The notes: generated by a model not told the origin, from the sequence alone. A stretch of 61,680 nt of DNA from a virus (IMGVR_UViG_3300036830_000246:1-61680); one strand, 5' to 3'. Shown: positions 27,056-38,211, counted from the stretch's first letter. Numbers and translations are program-made.

Positions 27056-28327
27056 ATGGCCGGAGCAATCCCGGACTTCACGATTCAGCAGCCGAATTAC
27101 CTGAACGTCTCGCGCGATGCGATGAACTATCAGGATCAAATGGCGCTGCGCCCCGATGCGCTGGCTGCCAGACAGGCAGAACTCCAGAAGGAAAGCGCGC
27201 TTGCGCCGCTCGACGTCCAGGCGGCACAGCAGAAAAGCGCACTCGGCAACATCGACTATGCAAATCAGCTCGTCGCGCAGGCCGCGCGTGCGGCGCAAAT
27301 GGCCGATCCCGCGGACGCCCCGCAAATCTGGGACGACGCGATGCAGAAGGCCGCGGCTGCGGGCTCGCCGAACGCGCGCCAATACATCGGTCATTACCGC
27401 CCGGACCTTGCTGAAAAGGTCGTCGGCACCTTCGGCACCCAGACGCAGGGCAGCCAGCGCGGCGCCGGCGCTGCGGCCGGGGGCTCTCCCGCGACCGATC
27501 CCATGGCGGTCGATCGCGCGGTCGCGCAGATGTCGCCGGATGTGATGCAGAAAGGGATCGTGAACATGAACCGCGCGATCTCGGGCTTTAACAACATCAA
27601 GGACGAGCAATCGTGGAACGACGAGCTCGACCAGCTGCGCCAGGCCGGCATCCCGGTGGAAACCCTCCTGCCGAGCACGGAATGGAATCCCATGAACTAC
27701 GCGGCTGCGTACAAGGCCGTGCAATCCATCGCGCCTTACAGGGATGCGATCGCGCGCCGGCTCGCGATTTCGTCCACTGGTATGAACCCCGCGGCGCCGC
27801 CGCCCATGTACGAGCCGAACCAGCAATACATTGGCATCGACCCGAACACGAAGCAGCCCGTCTATCACGACGTCCACGGTGGTCCCGACACGCTGGGACA
27901 ATTCCCCGTGGGCCCGAAGCCGAGCGCTTCAACGTCGAACTTCCTCGCCAAGCAGCAAGCATGGCTGGCCGTGCATCCGAACGATGATTCCGGCGCGCTC
28001 GAATTTGCCAACGGCAAGCGCAACATGGATCCCGCGCAGATGCGTCTCGGCGCGCAGAACGCCGCTTCGCGCGAGCTCGCGAATCTCGCTTTGACGCCCG
28101 AGGGGATGAACATCGCGGACCCGCAAACGTGGGTGAAGAACCGCACGGAGGAAATCTACAACTCCATGCAATCCGCACAGGCACCCGCGCCTGCGGCCAG
28201 CCCCGCGCCTTCCCAGCTTCCCGCCCGTGCCATGCAGGCCGTGAAGGCCGCGAACGGCAAGCCCGTGCGCTTCAATAACGGCCACTCTTATGTTTGGAAG
28301 AACGGTAAAGCCGTCGCGGTGCAGTAA
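27056..28327 (+). CDS. DNA ejection / internal virion protein
   Basis: Gln/Ala-rich helical protein between the pilot and the giant protein. Confidence 0.7.
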   Translation: MAGAIPDFTIQQPNYLNVSRDAMNYQDQMALRPDALAARQAELQKESALAPLDVQAAQQKSALGNIDYANQLVAQAARAAQMADPADAPQIWDDAMQKAAAAGSPNARQYIGHYRPDLAEKVVGTFGTQTQGSQRGAGAAAGGSPATDPMAVDRAVAQMSPDVMQKGIVNMNRAISGFNNIKDEQSWNDELDQLRQAGIPVETLLPSTEWNPMNYAAAYKAVQSIAPYRDAIARRLAISSTGMNPAAPPPMYEPNQQYIGIDPNTKQPVYHDVHGGPDTLGQFPVGPKPSASTSNFLAKQQAWLAVHPNDDSGALEFANGKRNMDPAQMRLGAQNAASRELANLALTPEGMNIADPQTWVKNRTEEIYNSMQSAQAPAPAASPAPSQLPARAMQAVKAANGKPVRFNNGHSYVWKNGKAVAVQ

Positions 28328-31300
28328 TGTCCGGGGCGGGAACTGATCCGTGGGGCGTCGCGAGCGATACCGCACCCTCTGCGCCAGTTGACGGCTGGCT
28401 GCCGAGCGAGCAGCAAGCAAACGAAGCTATCCAGGGCATTGCGCCAGGCTCCGTCGTAACCTCGGAAGCCCGGACGGCGGAACACAATGCCGCCGTGGGT
28501 GGCGTCCCGGATTCCATGCACGTCGGCGGCCAGGCGATGGATTTCGTGCTTCCGAAGGGAATGACGGCCGATCAAGTGAAGGCGCAGCTCACCGCGCAAG
28601 GCTATCCCGTCAGTGAATTCCTCAACGAAGGCGACCACATCCATTGGGGCTGGCGCCCGAAGGGCAATGTCGGCCCCGCGCCAGCCGATCCGTGGGGCGT
28701 GCAAGGTTCGGAATCGGACCCGTGGGCGCCGGCGCAACAGGCCGCCGCGCCGGTGCAACAGAAACCCGCTCCCGTACAACCAGCCGAATCCAGCTGGGCG
28801 GACGTCCTCTCGAAACAGGTAGAGAACACGCCCGCGCGCATGAAGCAGATGATCGCGGGTCTCTTTCAGGGAATGGCGGAGACGAACCCCAGCTTGATGC
28901 CGCGTGGTGCCGCGATGATGGACACCTTCACGCCGCCCGCGCCCGAGACGAAGCAGGATGCGGCCGACCGCGCGAAAGTTTCCCAATGGGCTGCGGGCGT
29001 CTACGCGACGGCTGCCCAACAGATCAAGGAGAACTCCCCGCAGCTGAACGACGGCTCCGTGAAGGACGTGGCATCGAAGGTTCTGGCGGGCACGATCGAC
29101 ATGGTGCCGCTTCTCGCCGCCACGGCCGTGACGCGCAATCCGCTCGTTGGCGCAGCCATGATGGGTGGCCAAGCCGCTGGCGAATCGTATGGCGCCGCGC
29201 GCGCTTCTGGACGCACGCCCGATCAAGCGCGTCTCGATTCTCTCTTCACCGGCACGGTCAATGGCGCGCTCGGCTCCCTGCCGCTCGGCGTCCTGATGAA
29301 GCCCGGCCAGACTTTCCTCGGAAAGACCCTCCAGAGTGCGGGCACATTCGGCGCCGTGTCGGTGATGACCGAGGCTCTCCAGCTCGGCTACGACCGCGGC
29401 CTCGTCAATCCGAACATGACCTTGAGCGAGGCGTGGCAGCGCCTCAAGGATGCGGGCATTACGGGCACGCTCCAAGGCGCGCTCCTCGGCGGTGGCCACG
29501 CGGGACTGGAAAAGGCCATATCGGGATTGCGCGCTCAAACGGCACCGGTGGAAGCCCGTCAGGAGCCCAGCGCGGCCTCTACAGAGGCGCCAGCCGCCGC
29601 CGCGCCTCAACCCACGCCCCACCCGGACCTCGCGGCCTCGATTGGGCTCACGAGCCCCGGTGTGGCGCCGAAGGTCGATCCGTGGGCCGTTGCGCCCGAG
29701 GCACTTGTTCCCACGCCGAACCCCGAGGTCCCACCTTCCTTCCGCACGACGCCCGCCGCGATTGCGGGCGAGCACGAGCTCGAAGTCGCCCGGCTGGAGA
29801 GCGAGGGCGCGCAAGCCGCCGCCGCGAAGGCTCCGGCCCCCACGACAGAGCTCCCCCCCATCGCCTCGCGGCCGGTGGCAAAAGATGTCGCGCTCACGGC
29901 CACGGGCCGAGAAGTGCCCGTCGAGTATGCGGTCGTGGACGCGCGCCAGCTCGTTCCGAGCCAGACGCAAGAAGGTGCGCCAAACCCCGCTTATCCGCAG
30001 GAGCTCCAGCCGCGCGATCGCACGCGGGCGGCATCGCAGGCCCAGATTTCCTCGATCGCGCAGAACCTCAACCCCCGTCTCCTCGACCGTTCCCCCGTGG
30101 CAAGCGATGGCGCGCCGATCATTGCGCCCGACGGCACGGTGGAATCCGGCAATGGCCGCACGCTGGCGATCCAACGTGCCTATTCCGAAGGATTGCCGGG
30201 GGCGCAAGCGTATCGCGCGCATCTCGCCCAGCAGGGCTATCCCGTGGAAAACATGGACGCCCCCATGCTCGTGCGCGTGCGTGAAGGCACGATGACGCCG
30301 GAGGACCGGCAGGCCTTCGTCCGCGAGGCGAACAACTCCGGCCAGCTCGGCTATAGCGCGACCGAGCGCGCGACCACGGACGCGGCTGCGATTCCGGCTT
30401 CCGCCCTCGATCTCTATCGCGGCGGCGATGTCGATGCGGCGGCGAACCGGCCCTTCGTCCAGGCTTTCTTCCGCAATGCCGTGAGCCCTGGCGAACAAGC
30501 GACGATGATCGACCGCGAAGGGCGTTTGTCACAGGAAGCCGTCCGGCGGCTGAACGGCGCCCTCCTTGCCAAGGCTTACGATGCGCCGGATCTCGTCTCC
30601 GCCGTAGTGGAAAGCCCCGACACGAACATCAAGGCAATCGGGGGCGCGCTGACAGATGTCGCGGGCGACTGGTCGCAAATGCGCGCGCTGGCCCGAAACG
30701 GCGACATTCCGCCCAATCTCGACCAGACGGACAAACTCCTCGCCGCCGTCCGGCTCGTCGACCAGGCCCGCGCGGAAGGCCGCAATGTCGCGGAATACGT
30801 CGGGCAGAAGGATATGTTTACAGGCGAGGCGCTCGACCCCGACACGGAGGCGTGGTTGCGCCTCATGTTCCGCAACACGCGGGACTGGACGAATCCCGTC
30901 GGACGCGAGAAGCTCGCGACGGCCCTGCGGTTTTACGCCCAGGAGGCCCGCAAGGCGCGGGCGAGTGGCAACCTCCTGGGGCTCGAACCAACCGGGCCGA
31001 CGGATATTCTCGGCATCGCGAAGGAGCGCCAGGGTGGCGGTCAAAGGGACAATGGCGCAGCGGGCCCATCGCTTTTTGCTGGCGCGGACATTCGAGAAGG
31101 CGGCGGAGCAGGAGCCGGACCCGGCCTTGAAGCGCCAGCGCCTGGAAGAAGCACAGGCGATGAGACAGGTCGCGCTCAATCCGCCGAAGGCGCCAATCCG
31201 CCACTAAACCAAACGCTGCTCCAGCGTGAAGAGGAAAAGCCAGCGTTTTTCTCCGCCCTCACGCGCGGGGTCGAAGGCCTGAACCTCAAGCGCGCGCCGG

Positions 31301-34300
31301 CGAAAGATTGGCTGGGCGCGATCGAGAACCTGAAAAACAAAGGTGTGAAGGGCGAAGAGATCGACTGGTCCGGCGTGCGCGACTGGCTGCGCGAGCAGCC
31401 GGGAACAGTGACGAAAGAGCGAGTGGCGGATTTCCTGCGCGATCACGAAGTCCAAGTCCAGGAAGTCGAACAGGGTGCACCGCACGAGCCGCCTGCGATT
31501 GCGGAGAAACGCGACCGCTTTCAGGAACTCAGCGATAAGGATCAAGGCCAAGAAGGTCTATCGAAGGCCGAGCATGACGAAATGGACAAGCTGCAAGACG
31601 AGCTCTTCCAGCAACCCAACCCATGGCTGAAAGCCAAAGACGCCAAATACGGCGAATACACGCTGCCGGGAGGCAGGAATTACCGTGAACTCCTCCTCAC
31701 GCTACCCGAGCGCGCGCGGGAATTGCCCGAGGGCTACACCGTCAAGCCCTTCCAGAATGGCTGGGGCGTCTTTGGACCGATGGGGGAGGAAGCGTGGGCA
31801 CCGACTCGCGGCGGCGCGCTCGCAAATGCACAGCCGCGTTTGCGCATGCTCCACGGGGAGTCGCCCACCTATCGTTCCGGCCATTGGGACGAGCCCAACA
31901 TTCTCGCCCATGTGCGTTTCGACGACCGCACGGGACCGAACGGCGAGAAGATCCTCCACATGGCGGAGGTGCAGAGTGATTGGCACCAACAGGGACGGCG
32001 CCGTGGCTACCAGGAGGGCAGGCCGGTCCAAATGCCCCGCGTCTCGCCCAAGGATCTAACGATTGAGGAGGGAAGCCACGACTGGAAGGGCACCGCACCG
32101 GACGGAAAGTTCACCGCAAAGGTGGGGAAAGGCATCGTTGCCGACGAGGCCGAGGCGCGCCGCTACCTCGCGCGGTACATCAATGAGGCCAAAATCGACC
32201 CCTACAACGAAGACGTGGTGCGCAGACACCGGTACCAAGTCCCGAACGCCCCCTTAAAAACCTCGTGGCACGAGCTCGCGATGAAGCGGATGCTGCGTTA
32301 CGCGGCCGAGCACGGCTACGACAAGCTCACTTGGGACACGGGCGAAACCCAGGCCGCGCGCTACGATCTCTCGAAGCACATCGACCACATCGAGCTGCGC
32401 GACAACGAAACGGGGGGCGTGGGCAAACCGTCGATGGAAGGTGAATTCACGTCCGGCCGCGTGATCGCCTATGACCATCAGGGCCAGCAGGTGATCGACC
32501 GTCACGTCAACAGCCCGGAAGAGCTCGTAAATCTCATCGGCAAGGATGCGGCGGACAAAATTCTCAAGGTGACGCCCAAGGCGGGACGGGAAAGTGGCTT
32601 GGGCCACCGCGTTCGCGATCTTCCAAAGGCCGACCTCAAGGTCGGCGGCGAGGGGATGAAGGGCTTTTACGACAAGATCCTCCCGCAATTCCTGTCGAAA
32701 TACGCGAAGAAATGGGGCGGGAAAGCAGGGCGTGGGGAGATCGTCCCAAAATTCACCGTTCAACGCTCGCGTCCACACATCAATGGAAAGTATGAGGTTC
32801 TCCAGCCGCACGGTCTGCCGATTCTCACTAGCGAGATGCGGACTCATCTCTTCGATACCAAAGAGGCCGCAGAGGCATTTGCGCGCGAAGAGGCAAAGAA
32901 ATCAGCCACCCCGACTCATTCGGTCGACATCACGCCGGAAATGAAAAAATCCGTGATGGAGGGGCAGCCGCTTTTCCGCAAGGAAGCGAAGCCGTTCGGG
33001 CGTGCGACGAAGCCCAACGCCGCCGGCATGTCGAAGGTCGCGGACGACATCATTGGCCGCTTGCCCGCGAAACCAAGTGCGGCGGAACAGAAGGTGCTCG
33101 ATCGCGTGGCCGAGATCGCGCGCGAGATCGTCCCGCGCGCGACGACGGTCGCGGCCCACGAGCTCCGGCAGGTCGAGCCCGGCACCCAGCGGTCCATTTT
33201 GGACAAAGGCACGCGGGTCGCGGGCGCGACGGCGATGAACGGCTCACGGCGCCTCATCGCGTGGTCGCTCTCCTCCCGCGATCCCGTCGGCACGATGCGC
33301 CACGAGGCTATTCATTGGCTCAAAGCCGAGGGCTTCCTCACTCCCGGCGAATGGTCGACGCTCGAACGCGCAGCCCAGACGGGGAACTGGCTCGGCCGCC
33401 ACGGCATCACGAGGCGCTACGCGGACCTTCACCCAGAAGGCCAAATCGAGGAAGCGATCGCGGAGCAATTCGGGCAATGGCGCCGGGCATCGAGCGCGGT
33501 CCCGCACATCGTCCGGCCGATCTTCGACAAGATTTCCCGCCTGCTCGGGCGCGTGGGGGATTTCCTGCGGAAATCTTTCGGGTCGAGCGCAACGGCGGAA
33601 GACATCTTCCATCGCATCGAGGCCGGGGAAGTCGGGCGGCGCGCCGTGGCGCTTCCCAACGGCCGCTCGACCAAGCTCGAACGCGCGCAGGACGAGACCG
33701 ACATCCGGGATTTCGGAAGCCGGGTGAAAGAGGGTGCGGCAAAAGTCATGGACCTCGTGCACGACGTCCAGATGCTCGTCGCGCCGATGGCGGAAGGCGG
33801 CATGGAATCCCGTGCGGCCGCGAAGGATTTCGCCAACCTCATGCGGCTCGCGCGCTACCACGGCAATCGCATGATGGAAGGGCTGAAAAAGGACTTCGCA
33901 CCCTTCGAGCTCAAGCGCATGTGGGAAGCGGCGGACGAGGAGTCCGTCGCGCGCCAGCAGGGCAAACCAACGGAAAATGTCGGCCTATCGCGCCTTACAC
34001 CACGCGAGCGCAATGCCGTGATGGAACAGCAAGCAGATGCGCAAGCCGTATGGGAGGCCGCGAAGGCGCAAGGCATGGTGCAGGGAGAGGGCTTGCCGTC
34101 CTACGTCCCCCGCATGATGGTCGACATGGCGGAAGGCTCGGCAAAGCGGCTCGGCTCCTCGACGGACGGCGCGCGCTCGATCCCCGGCATGGGGCGGAAT
34201 GTGCGCACCTCAACGCCCCAGATGTTGCACAGGAAATACCTCACGACGGGCGAGACCGAAGGCGCGGCGTCGAAGAAGTTCGAGACCAACGCCGAAGTCG

Positions 34301-36237
34301 TGAGGGATTTGCGCACGCTCCCGCTCGCGACCATGCGGTTGCGCGAGGCCGTGGCGGGCCGCGCCCTCATCAACCAGATCAAGGAGATCGGGCGCCGCAC
34401 GGGTGAGGACACTGTTGTGGAGGGCCACCATCCCGATACGCCCGGCTGGTTCACGCTCGATAATCCGGCCTTCAAGACATGGCGCCCGAAGTTCATCAAG
34501 GACGAACTGACGGGCAAATACGTCGCTGCGACAGACCAAAACGGCGAGCCTGTGTTCGAAAAGGTTCCGATTTACGTCCGCTCGGATTTCGAAGGTCCGC
34601 TGCGGTCGGTCCTGACGGAGCCGAATTCCAAGGTCTACAACGCCCTCATGGCCCTCAAGGGCAAAGCGATGACGACGATCATGTATTCGCCGCTCATCCA
34701 CAATGCCGTCGAATGGGGCCGCGCGTTCCCCGCCATGCCTGGCAAGGTCGCGACGCTGAGGGTGTATTTCGAAGGCAACCGGGCGAAAAACGATCCCGCG
34801 ACCATGACGGAGGCGATCCGCCACGGGCTCGTGCCGATCGGCAGCCGCGCGGGCGGGATGCAAGACATCACGGGCATCGCGGATGCGGACTCGGTCAAGG
34901 CCGGCCGCTCGTGGACGGCGAAGATCCTCGGCGCCGTCCCGGGTTTGTTCAATCCGAAAGCCAAGGAAGCCGTCTATCGCGCGATCGACGCGATGGGGGA
35001 CGTTTGGCACAACACCCTCCTCTGGGACCGCGTCGGCGACCTCCAAATGGGGCTCTACACGGGGCTGCGGGACCAAATGATCCGCAAGGGCTTCGCGCCG
35101 TCCTCCGCCCAATACGAAGCCGCCCATCTCGCAAACCGCTACGCTGGCGCGCTCCCGGTCGAAGCAATGTCGGGTTTTTCCCGCAAGATCGCCAATCTCA
35201 TGCTGTTTTCCCGCAGCTACACGCTGGGCAATTTGGGCGCAATGAAGGACGTCTTCACCGGGCTGCCGCGCGATGTCCAGGCGCAGATCGAGCGCGATGC
35301 CGGCACGGCAGAGCTCAACAAGGTGAAAAGCTATGCCAGGCGAAAATCCACCGTGATCTTGCTGACCGACATCGCGATGTTTTATGCGACGAATTCCCTC
35401 CTGGCCTCTGCCGTCGCGTATCTCGCGGGGCGCCAGGATCTCAGCACCGTCCAGAAGGGCTATGTCGACCGCATGAATGCCCTCATGCAGAAGACGAACG
35501 ACAGCCCGCTTGAACTCCTCAACCCGTTCGCGGACCTCCAGGCGTTGTCGGCTACGAACGAAAACGAACCCGGCCGGGAAAACCGCGTGCTCGTCGGGTA
35601 CGACAAGGACGGCACGGCCATTTATGCCCGCGTGCCGACGGGCAAGATCGGCGAGGAATTCACGAACTGGATTACGTCGCCGCTGCAAACCTTCAAAAGC
35701 AAACTCGGCACGCTCGCGCGCCCGACCTATGAGACGATCGCGAACGATGCAGGCTTCGGCCACAAGGTCTACGACCCCAAGGGCTCGACCCTCCAGGCAC
35801 TGGGCAATATCGCGCAGCTTTATCTCGGCTCCCAAGTGCCGCTCGATTCCCTCAAATCCGCCGCGCAGCTGATGGAGGGAAAGGGCAAGGTGATCGACAT
35901 GTACAAGACCGCGGGTCCGCTTGCGGGCGTGACGTTCTCCAAAGGTGCGCCCGGCGGTCCGGCGGTCGGCGCGTATTACAATCTCAAGGAGCGCCAGCAG
36001 GCACGCCTCCAGGAAGCGCTCCCGGACATCCACACGAAATTCGACGGCGGTGACCGCGCGGGCGCAATGCGCGATCTCGTGGCGGCGGGCGCGGCACCGG
36101 GCCTCGCACGCTGGTATCTCAAGGTGTGGAGCGATCCCAGGCTGCGCGCGAACCCGCGGGCGGTAAACAAGCTCCTCCTTCGTGCTACACCGGAAGAGCG
36201 CGAAGAATATCAACGCACGACAGGAGCTCCTCCATGA
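28327..36237 (+). CDS. Giant polyvalent internal virion protein (peptidase M15, ddrB-like ParB, zincin and other domains)
   Basis: 2636 aa. SMHVGGQAMD...HIH (M15); NPAYPQELQPRDR...GAPII...VESGNGR (ddrB-ParB); EVQSDWHQ; HEAIH...EEAIAE (zincin). Confidence 0.85.
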   Translation: MSGAGTDPWGVASDTAPSAPVDGWLPSEQQANEAIQGIAPGSVVTSEARTAEHNAAVGGVPDSMHVGGQAMDFVLPKGMTADQVKAQLTAQGYPVSEFLNEGDHIHWGWRPKGNVGPAPADPWGVQGSESDPWAPAQQAAAPVQQKPAPVQPAESSWADVLSKQVENTPARMKQMIAGLFQGMAETNPSLMPRGAAMMDTFTPPAPETKQDAADRAKVSQWAAGVYATAAQQIKENSPQLNDGSVKDVASKVLAGTIDMVPLLAATAVTRNPLVGAAMMGGQAAGESYGAARASGRTPDQARLDSLFTGTVNGALGSLPLGVLMKPGQTFLGKTLQSAGTFGAVSVMTEALQLGYDRGLVNPNMTLSEAWQRLKDAGITGTLQGALLGGGHAGLEKAISGLRAQTAPVEARQEPSAASTEAPAAAAPQPTPHPDLAASIGLTSPGVAPKVDPWAVAPEALVPTPNPEVPPSFRTTPAAIAGEHELEVARLESEGAQAAAAKAPAPTTELPPIASRPVAKDVALTATGREVPVEYAVVDARQLVPSQTQEGAPNPAYPQELQPRDRTRAASQAQISSIAQNLNPRLLDRSPVASDGAPIIAPDGTVESGNGRTLAIQRAYSEGLPGAQAYRAHLAQQGYPVENMDAPMLVRVREGTMTPEDRQAFVREANNSGQLGYSATERATTDAAAIPASALDLYRGGDVDAAANRPFVQAFFRNAVSPGEQATMIDREGRLSQEAVRRLNGALLAKAYDAPDLVSAVVESPDTNIKAIGGALTDVAGDWSQMRALARNGDIPPNLDQTDKLLAAVRLVDQARAEGRNVAEYVGQKDMFTGEALDPDTEAWLRLMFRNTRDWTNPVGREKLATALRFYAQEARKARASGNLLGLEPTGPTDILGIAKERQGGGQRDNGAAGPSLFAGADIREGGGAGAGPGLEAPAPGRSTGDETGRAQSAEGANPPLNQTLLQREEEKPAFFSALTRGVEGLNLKRAPAKDWLGAIENLKNKGVKGEEIDWSGVRDWLREQPGTVTKERVADFLRDHEVQVQEVEQGAPHEPPAIAEKRDRFQELSDKDQGQEGLSKAEHDEMDKLQDELFQQPNPWLKAKDAKYGEYTLPGGRNYRELLLTLPERARELPEGYTVKPFQNGWGVFGPMGEEAWAPTRGGALANAQPRLRMLHGESPTYRSGHWDEPNILAHVRFDDRTGPNGEKILHMAEVQSDWHQQGRRRGYQEGRPVQMPRVSPKDLTIEEGSHDWKGTAPDGKFTAKVGKGIVADEAEARRYLARYINEAKIDPYNEDVVRRHRYQVPNAPLKTSWHELAMKRMLRYAAEHGYDKLTWDTGETQAARYDLSKHIDHIELRDNETGGVGKPSMEGEFTSGRVIAYDHQGQQVIDRHVNSPEELVNLIGKDAADKILKVTPKAGRESGLGHRVRDLPKADLKVGGEGMKGFYDKILPQFLSKYAKKWGGKAGRGEIVPKFTVQRSRPHINGKYEVLQPHGLPILTSEMRTHLFDTKEAAEAFAREEAKKSATPTHSVDITPEMKKSVMEGQPLFRKEAKPFGRATKPNAAGMSKVADDIIGRLPAKPSAAEQKVLDRVAEIAREIVPRATTVAAHELRQVEPGTQRSILDKGTRVAGATAMNGSRRLIAWSLSSRDPVGTMRHEAIHWLKAEGFLTPGEWSTLERAAQTGNWLGRHGITRRYADLHPEGQIEEAIAEQFGQWRRASSAVPHIVRPIFDKISRLLGRVGDFLRKSFGSSATAEDIFHRIEAGEVGRRAVALPNGRSTKLERAQDETDIRDFGSRVKEGAAKVMDLVHDVQMLVAPMAEGGMESRAAAKDFANLMRLARYHGNRMMEGLKKDFAPFELKRMWEAADEESVARQQGKPTENVGLSRLTPRERNAVMEQQADAQAVWEAAKAQGMVQGEGLPSYVPRMMVDMAEGSAKRLGSSTDGARSIPGMGRNVRTSTPQMLHRKYLTTGETEGAASKKFETNAEVVRDLRTLPLATMRLREAVAGRALINQIKEIGRRTGEDTVVEGHHPDTPGWFTLDNPAFKTWRPKFIKDELTGKYVAATDQNGEPVFEKVPIYVRSDFEGPLRSVLTEPNSKVYNALMALKGKAMTTIMYSPLIHNAVEWGRAFPAMPGKVATLRVYFEGNRAKNDPATMTEAIRHGLVPIGSRAGGMQDITGIADADSVKAGRSWTAKILGAVPGLFNPKAKEAVYRAIDAMGDVWHNTLLWDRVGDLQMGLYTGLRDQMIRKGFAPSSAQYEAAHLANRYAGALPVEAMSGFSRKIANLMLFSRSYTLGNLGAMKDVFTGLPRDVQAQIERDAGTAELNKVKSYARRKSTVILLTDIAMFYATNSLLASAVAYLAGRQDLSTVQKGYVDRMNALMQKTNDSPLELLNPFADLQALSATNENEPGRENRVLVGYDKDGTAIYARVPTGKIGEEFTNWITSPLQTFKSKLGTLARPTYETIANDAGFGHKVYDPKGSTLQALGNIAQLYLGSQVPLDSLKSAAQLMEGKGKVIDMYKTAGPLAGVTFSKGAPGGPAVGAYYNLKERQQARLQEALPDIHTKFDGGDRAGAMRDLVAAGAAPGLARWYLKVWSDPRLRANPRAVNKLLLRATPEEREEYQRTTGAPP

Positions 36238-36929
36238 CCGCCACCCCTTGGTCGCGTTTCACGATGCCGCTTGCCTACGCGCCATCCGTCACGGGTGCGC
36301 CGCTGCCGAATGCCAAGCTTTATTTCTATGTCGGAAGCTCGACGAGCGAGGGCACATCTACCCCGCTCGACACCTTCGCCGATGCCGCGCTTTCCATCCC
36401 GAACACCAATCCCGTCGTGGCCGATGCCGGCGGCGTCTTCCCGCCGATCTTCCTGCTTTCCACCGAATACATGGTGATGTTGACGGATCAGTACGACACG
36501 GAAATCTGGACGCAGAATCCCGTTTCACCCTTCATCTTGGCGGAAGCCGAGCAGGCCACGACGGTTATTTTGGAATTGACCGTCGACGGGAATGGCGGCG
36601 TGCCCGCGGTGGGGATTTGCGGCGATCTCTATGTGCCGTTCGATTGCACGATCACGCAGGCCGTCATCCAGTCGACCCAGGCGGGCTCAATCGTAATCGA
36701 CGTGTGGGCTGCGCCCTTCGTCGTCAACACGCCGCCGAGCCCGACGGATTCAATCGTCGCGGGCGCGCCGCCGACATTGTCCAATGCGCAGAGCTCGATC
36801 GACACCACCTTGACGGGCTGGGCGACGGACATCCCCGCAGGCACGGCCATGCGCTTCAACATCGATTCCATCGACAGCGTGACGCGCTTCACCCTCAGTC
36901 TCGTCGCTACCAGGAATTTCGCCTCGTGA
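36234..36929 (+). CDS. Tailspike head-binding / adaptor protein
   Basis: GAPLPNAKLYFY...TP..TF.D...NTNPVVADAGG, typical of tailspike N-termini. Confidence 0.7.
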   Translation: MTATPWSRFTMPLAYAPSVTGAPLPNAKLYFYVGSSTSEGTSTPLDTFADAALSIPNTNPVVADAGGVFPPIFLLSTEYMVMLTDQYDTEIWTQNPVSPFILAEAEQATTVILELTVDGNGGVPAVGICGDLYVPFDCTITQAVIQSTQAGSIVIDVWAAPFVVNTPPSPTDSIVAGAPPTLSNAQSSIDTTLTGWATDIPAGTAMRFNIDSIDSVTRFTLSLVATRNFAS

Positions 36930-38179
36930 CCTTCGTTCCCGCCATCCAGGCTTTCATCCCGGTGGAAAGCGGGATCAATACCTTTGAGGCACCGGTGGAT
37001 TTCAGCCGCGGGTGGATATTCCCCGGCGGTGCCACGTCGGACGTCCTCACGCGCTTCGGCATCACGAGCGGCGTCGAGGAGCTTTCCGAGCCTCTGTCGA
37101 GCTATGACGCAAATGCGGGTTACCCCCCGTTCCAGTCCGACATTACGGGCGCGATCGCGATCGCAAAGGCGCTTCCGTTCAACTCCAACGGCGTCGTCAC
37201 GATCGACGCCTCGACCCTGGCCTTCATCGCCGATTGGGGCACGCAGACGGGGCTCGGGCCCGACTATCCGAACTGCGTGGGCGTCATCAGCGATCCCGTG
37301 CCGCTGTGGACCGGGGAAGGCATCGGCCTACAAAGCTTCATGCTCGCCGGCGTGTATCGGTCGGCCTTCTCCCAGAACGTCGCCGTCGTGTCGATCAATC
37401 CCGTGTTGCAATTCGCCGGCTTCCTCATGACTCTGGACGAAGCCGAAGTGACGTGCGTGGCCGGCCCATCCTCCGTCGCGGAAGCAACCGGCTATGTCAT
37501 TGGCTCGCCGGGCCTCATCGGGGGCCCGTACCAGCTCGGGATCTATCAGGTCACGATCGGCATCGACGCGCAGAGCTGGAATCCGACGGACTGGCCGACA
37601 CCCAACGGCTCAATCGCGGGCGCGCCCATCGGCAGCAAGATCATGCCGACGGACATCGACCCCACGGCGACGACCTTGGGCTGCACGGGCGCCGTGCTGG
37701 ATCAGACGGATGGAAACATCCTCGCGAACATCACGACGGACGGCACGAATTCCAATTACGTCGTCAAGATCAGCGCCGTGACGGGACAGCTTTTGTGGAA
37801 ACTCGTCATTCCGAGCGGGTCGGGCTCGATGATGAAATACAGCAGCATCCGCCACGGGGTGTTTTGCCATTTGCTCGGCTCGGCCTTCACCCACACGCTC
37901 TACACGATCGACACGATCGCGGGCACGCTCACGAGTTCGACGAACAACAATCTCGCTGGCATCGTGAGCGGCGACCAGTGCTACAACGATTCAACCGGCG
38001 CCCTCATCCTCCACGCCCAGGTGACGAATGCGGGAACGGCCGGCCATCCCTTGCGCCTCAACGACACGCCCGCGACGTTCACCGCATGGGCCGCGCTCTA
38101 CGTCAACGCGGCGTTCAGCCAGCCCGTCATCCCGTATTCGCGCACGAGCCAAACGCGCATCTGGGGCAACTATCCTTGA
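36926..38179 (+). CDS. Tail / receptor-binding protein (putative)
   Basis: GTGA overlap; beta-rich Gly/Thr composition. Confidence 0.65.
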   Translation: MTFVPAIQAFIPVESGINTFEAPVDFSRGWIFPGGATSDVLTRFGITSGVEELSEPLSSYDANAGYPPFQSDITGAIAIAKALPFNSNGVVTIDASTLAFIADWGTQTGLGPDYPNCVGVISDPVPLWTGEGIGLQSFMLAGVYRSAFSQNVAVVSINPVLQFAGFLMTLDEAEVTCVAGPSSVAEATGYVIGSPGLIGGPYQLGIYQVTIGIDAQSWNPTDWPTPNGSIAGAPIGSKIMPTDIDPTATTLGCTGAVLDQTDGNILANITTDGTNSNYVVKISAVTGQLLWKLVIPSGSGSMMKYSSIRHGVFCHLLGSAFTHTLYTIDTIAGTLTSSTNNNLAGIVSGDQCYNDSTGALILHAQVTNAGTAGHPLRLNDTPATFTAWAALYVNAAFSQPVIPYSRTSQTRIWGNYP

Positions 38180-38211
38180 CGGTGCGGGCTGCCGGCCTCA
38201 TCTTGCGCGAC

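Noticed and set aside
29890-30350. ddrB-like ParB domain as the cognate binder of the parS-like site
   Set aside because: No parS-recognising HTH is evident after the domain. Host ParB is the simpler candidate.
5098-36213. Long antisense ORFs (5098-6564, 8068-10464, 12573-14291, 19362-21011, 28288-30498, 34210-36213)
   Set aside because: They are shadow frames of well-supported plus-strand genes in GC-rich DNA and carry no motifs.
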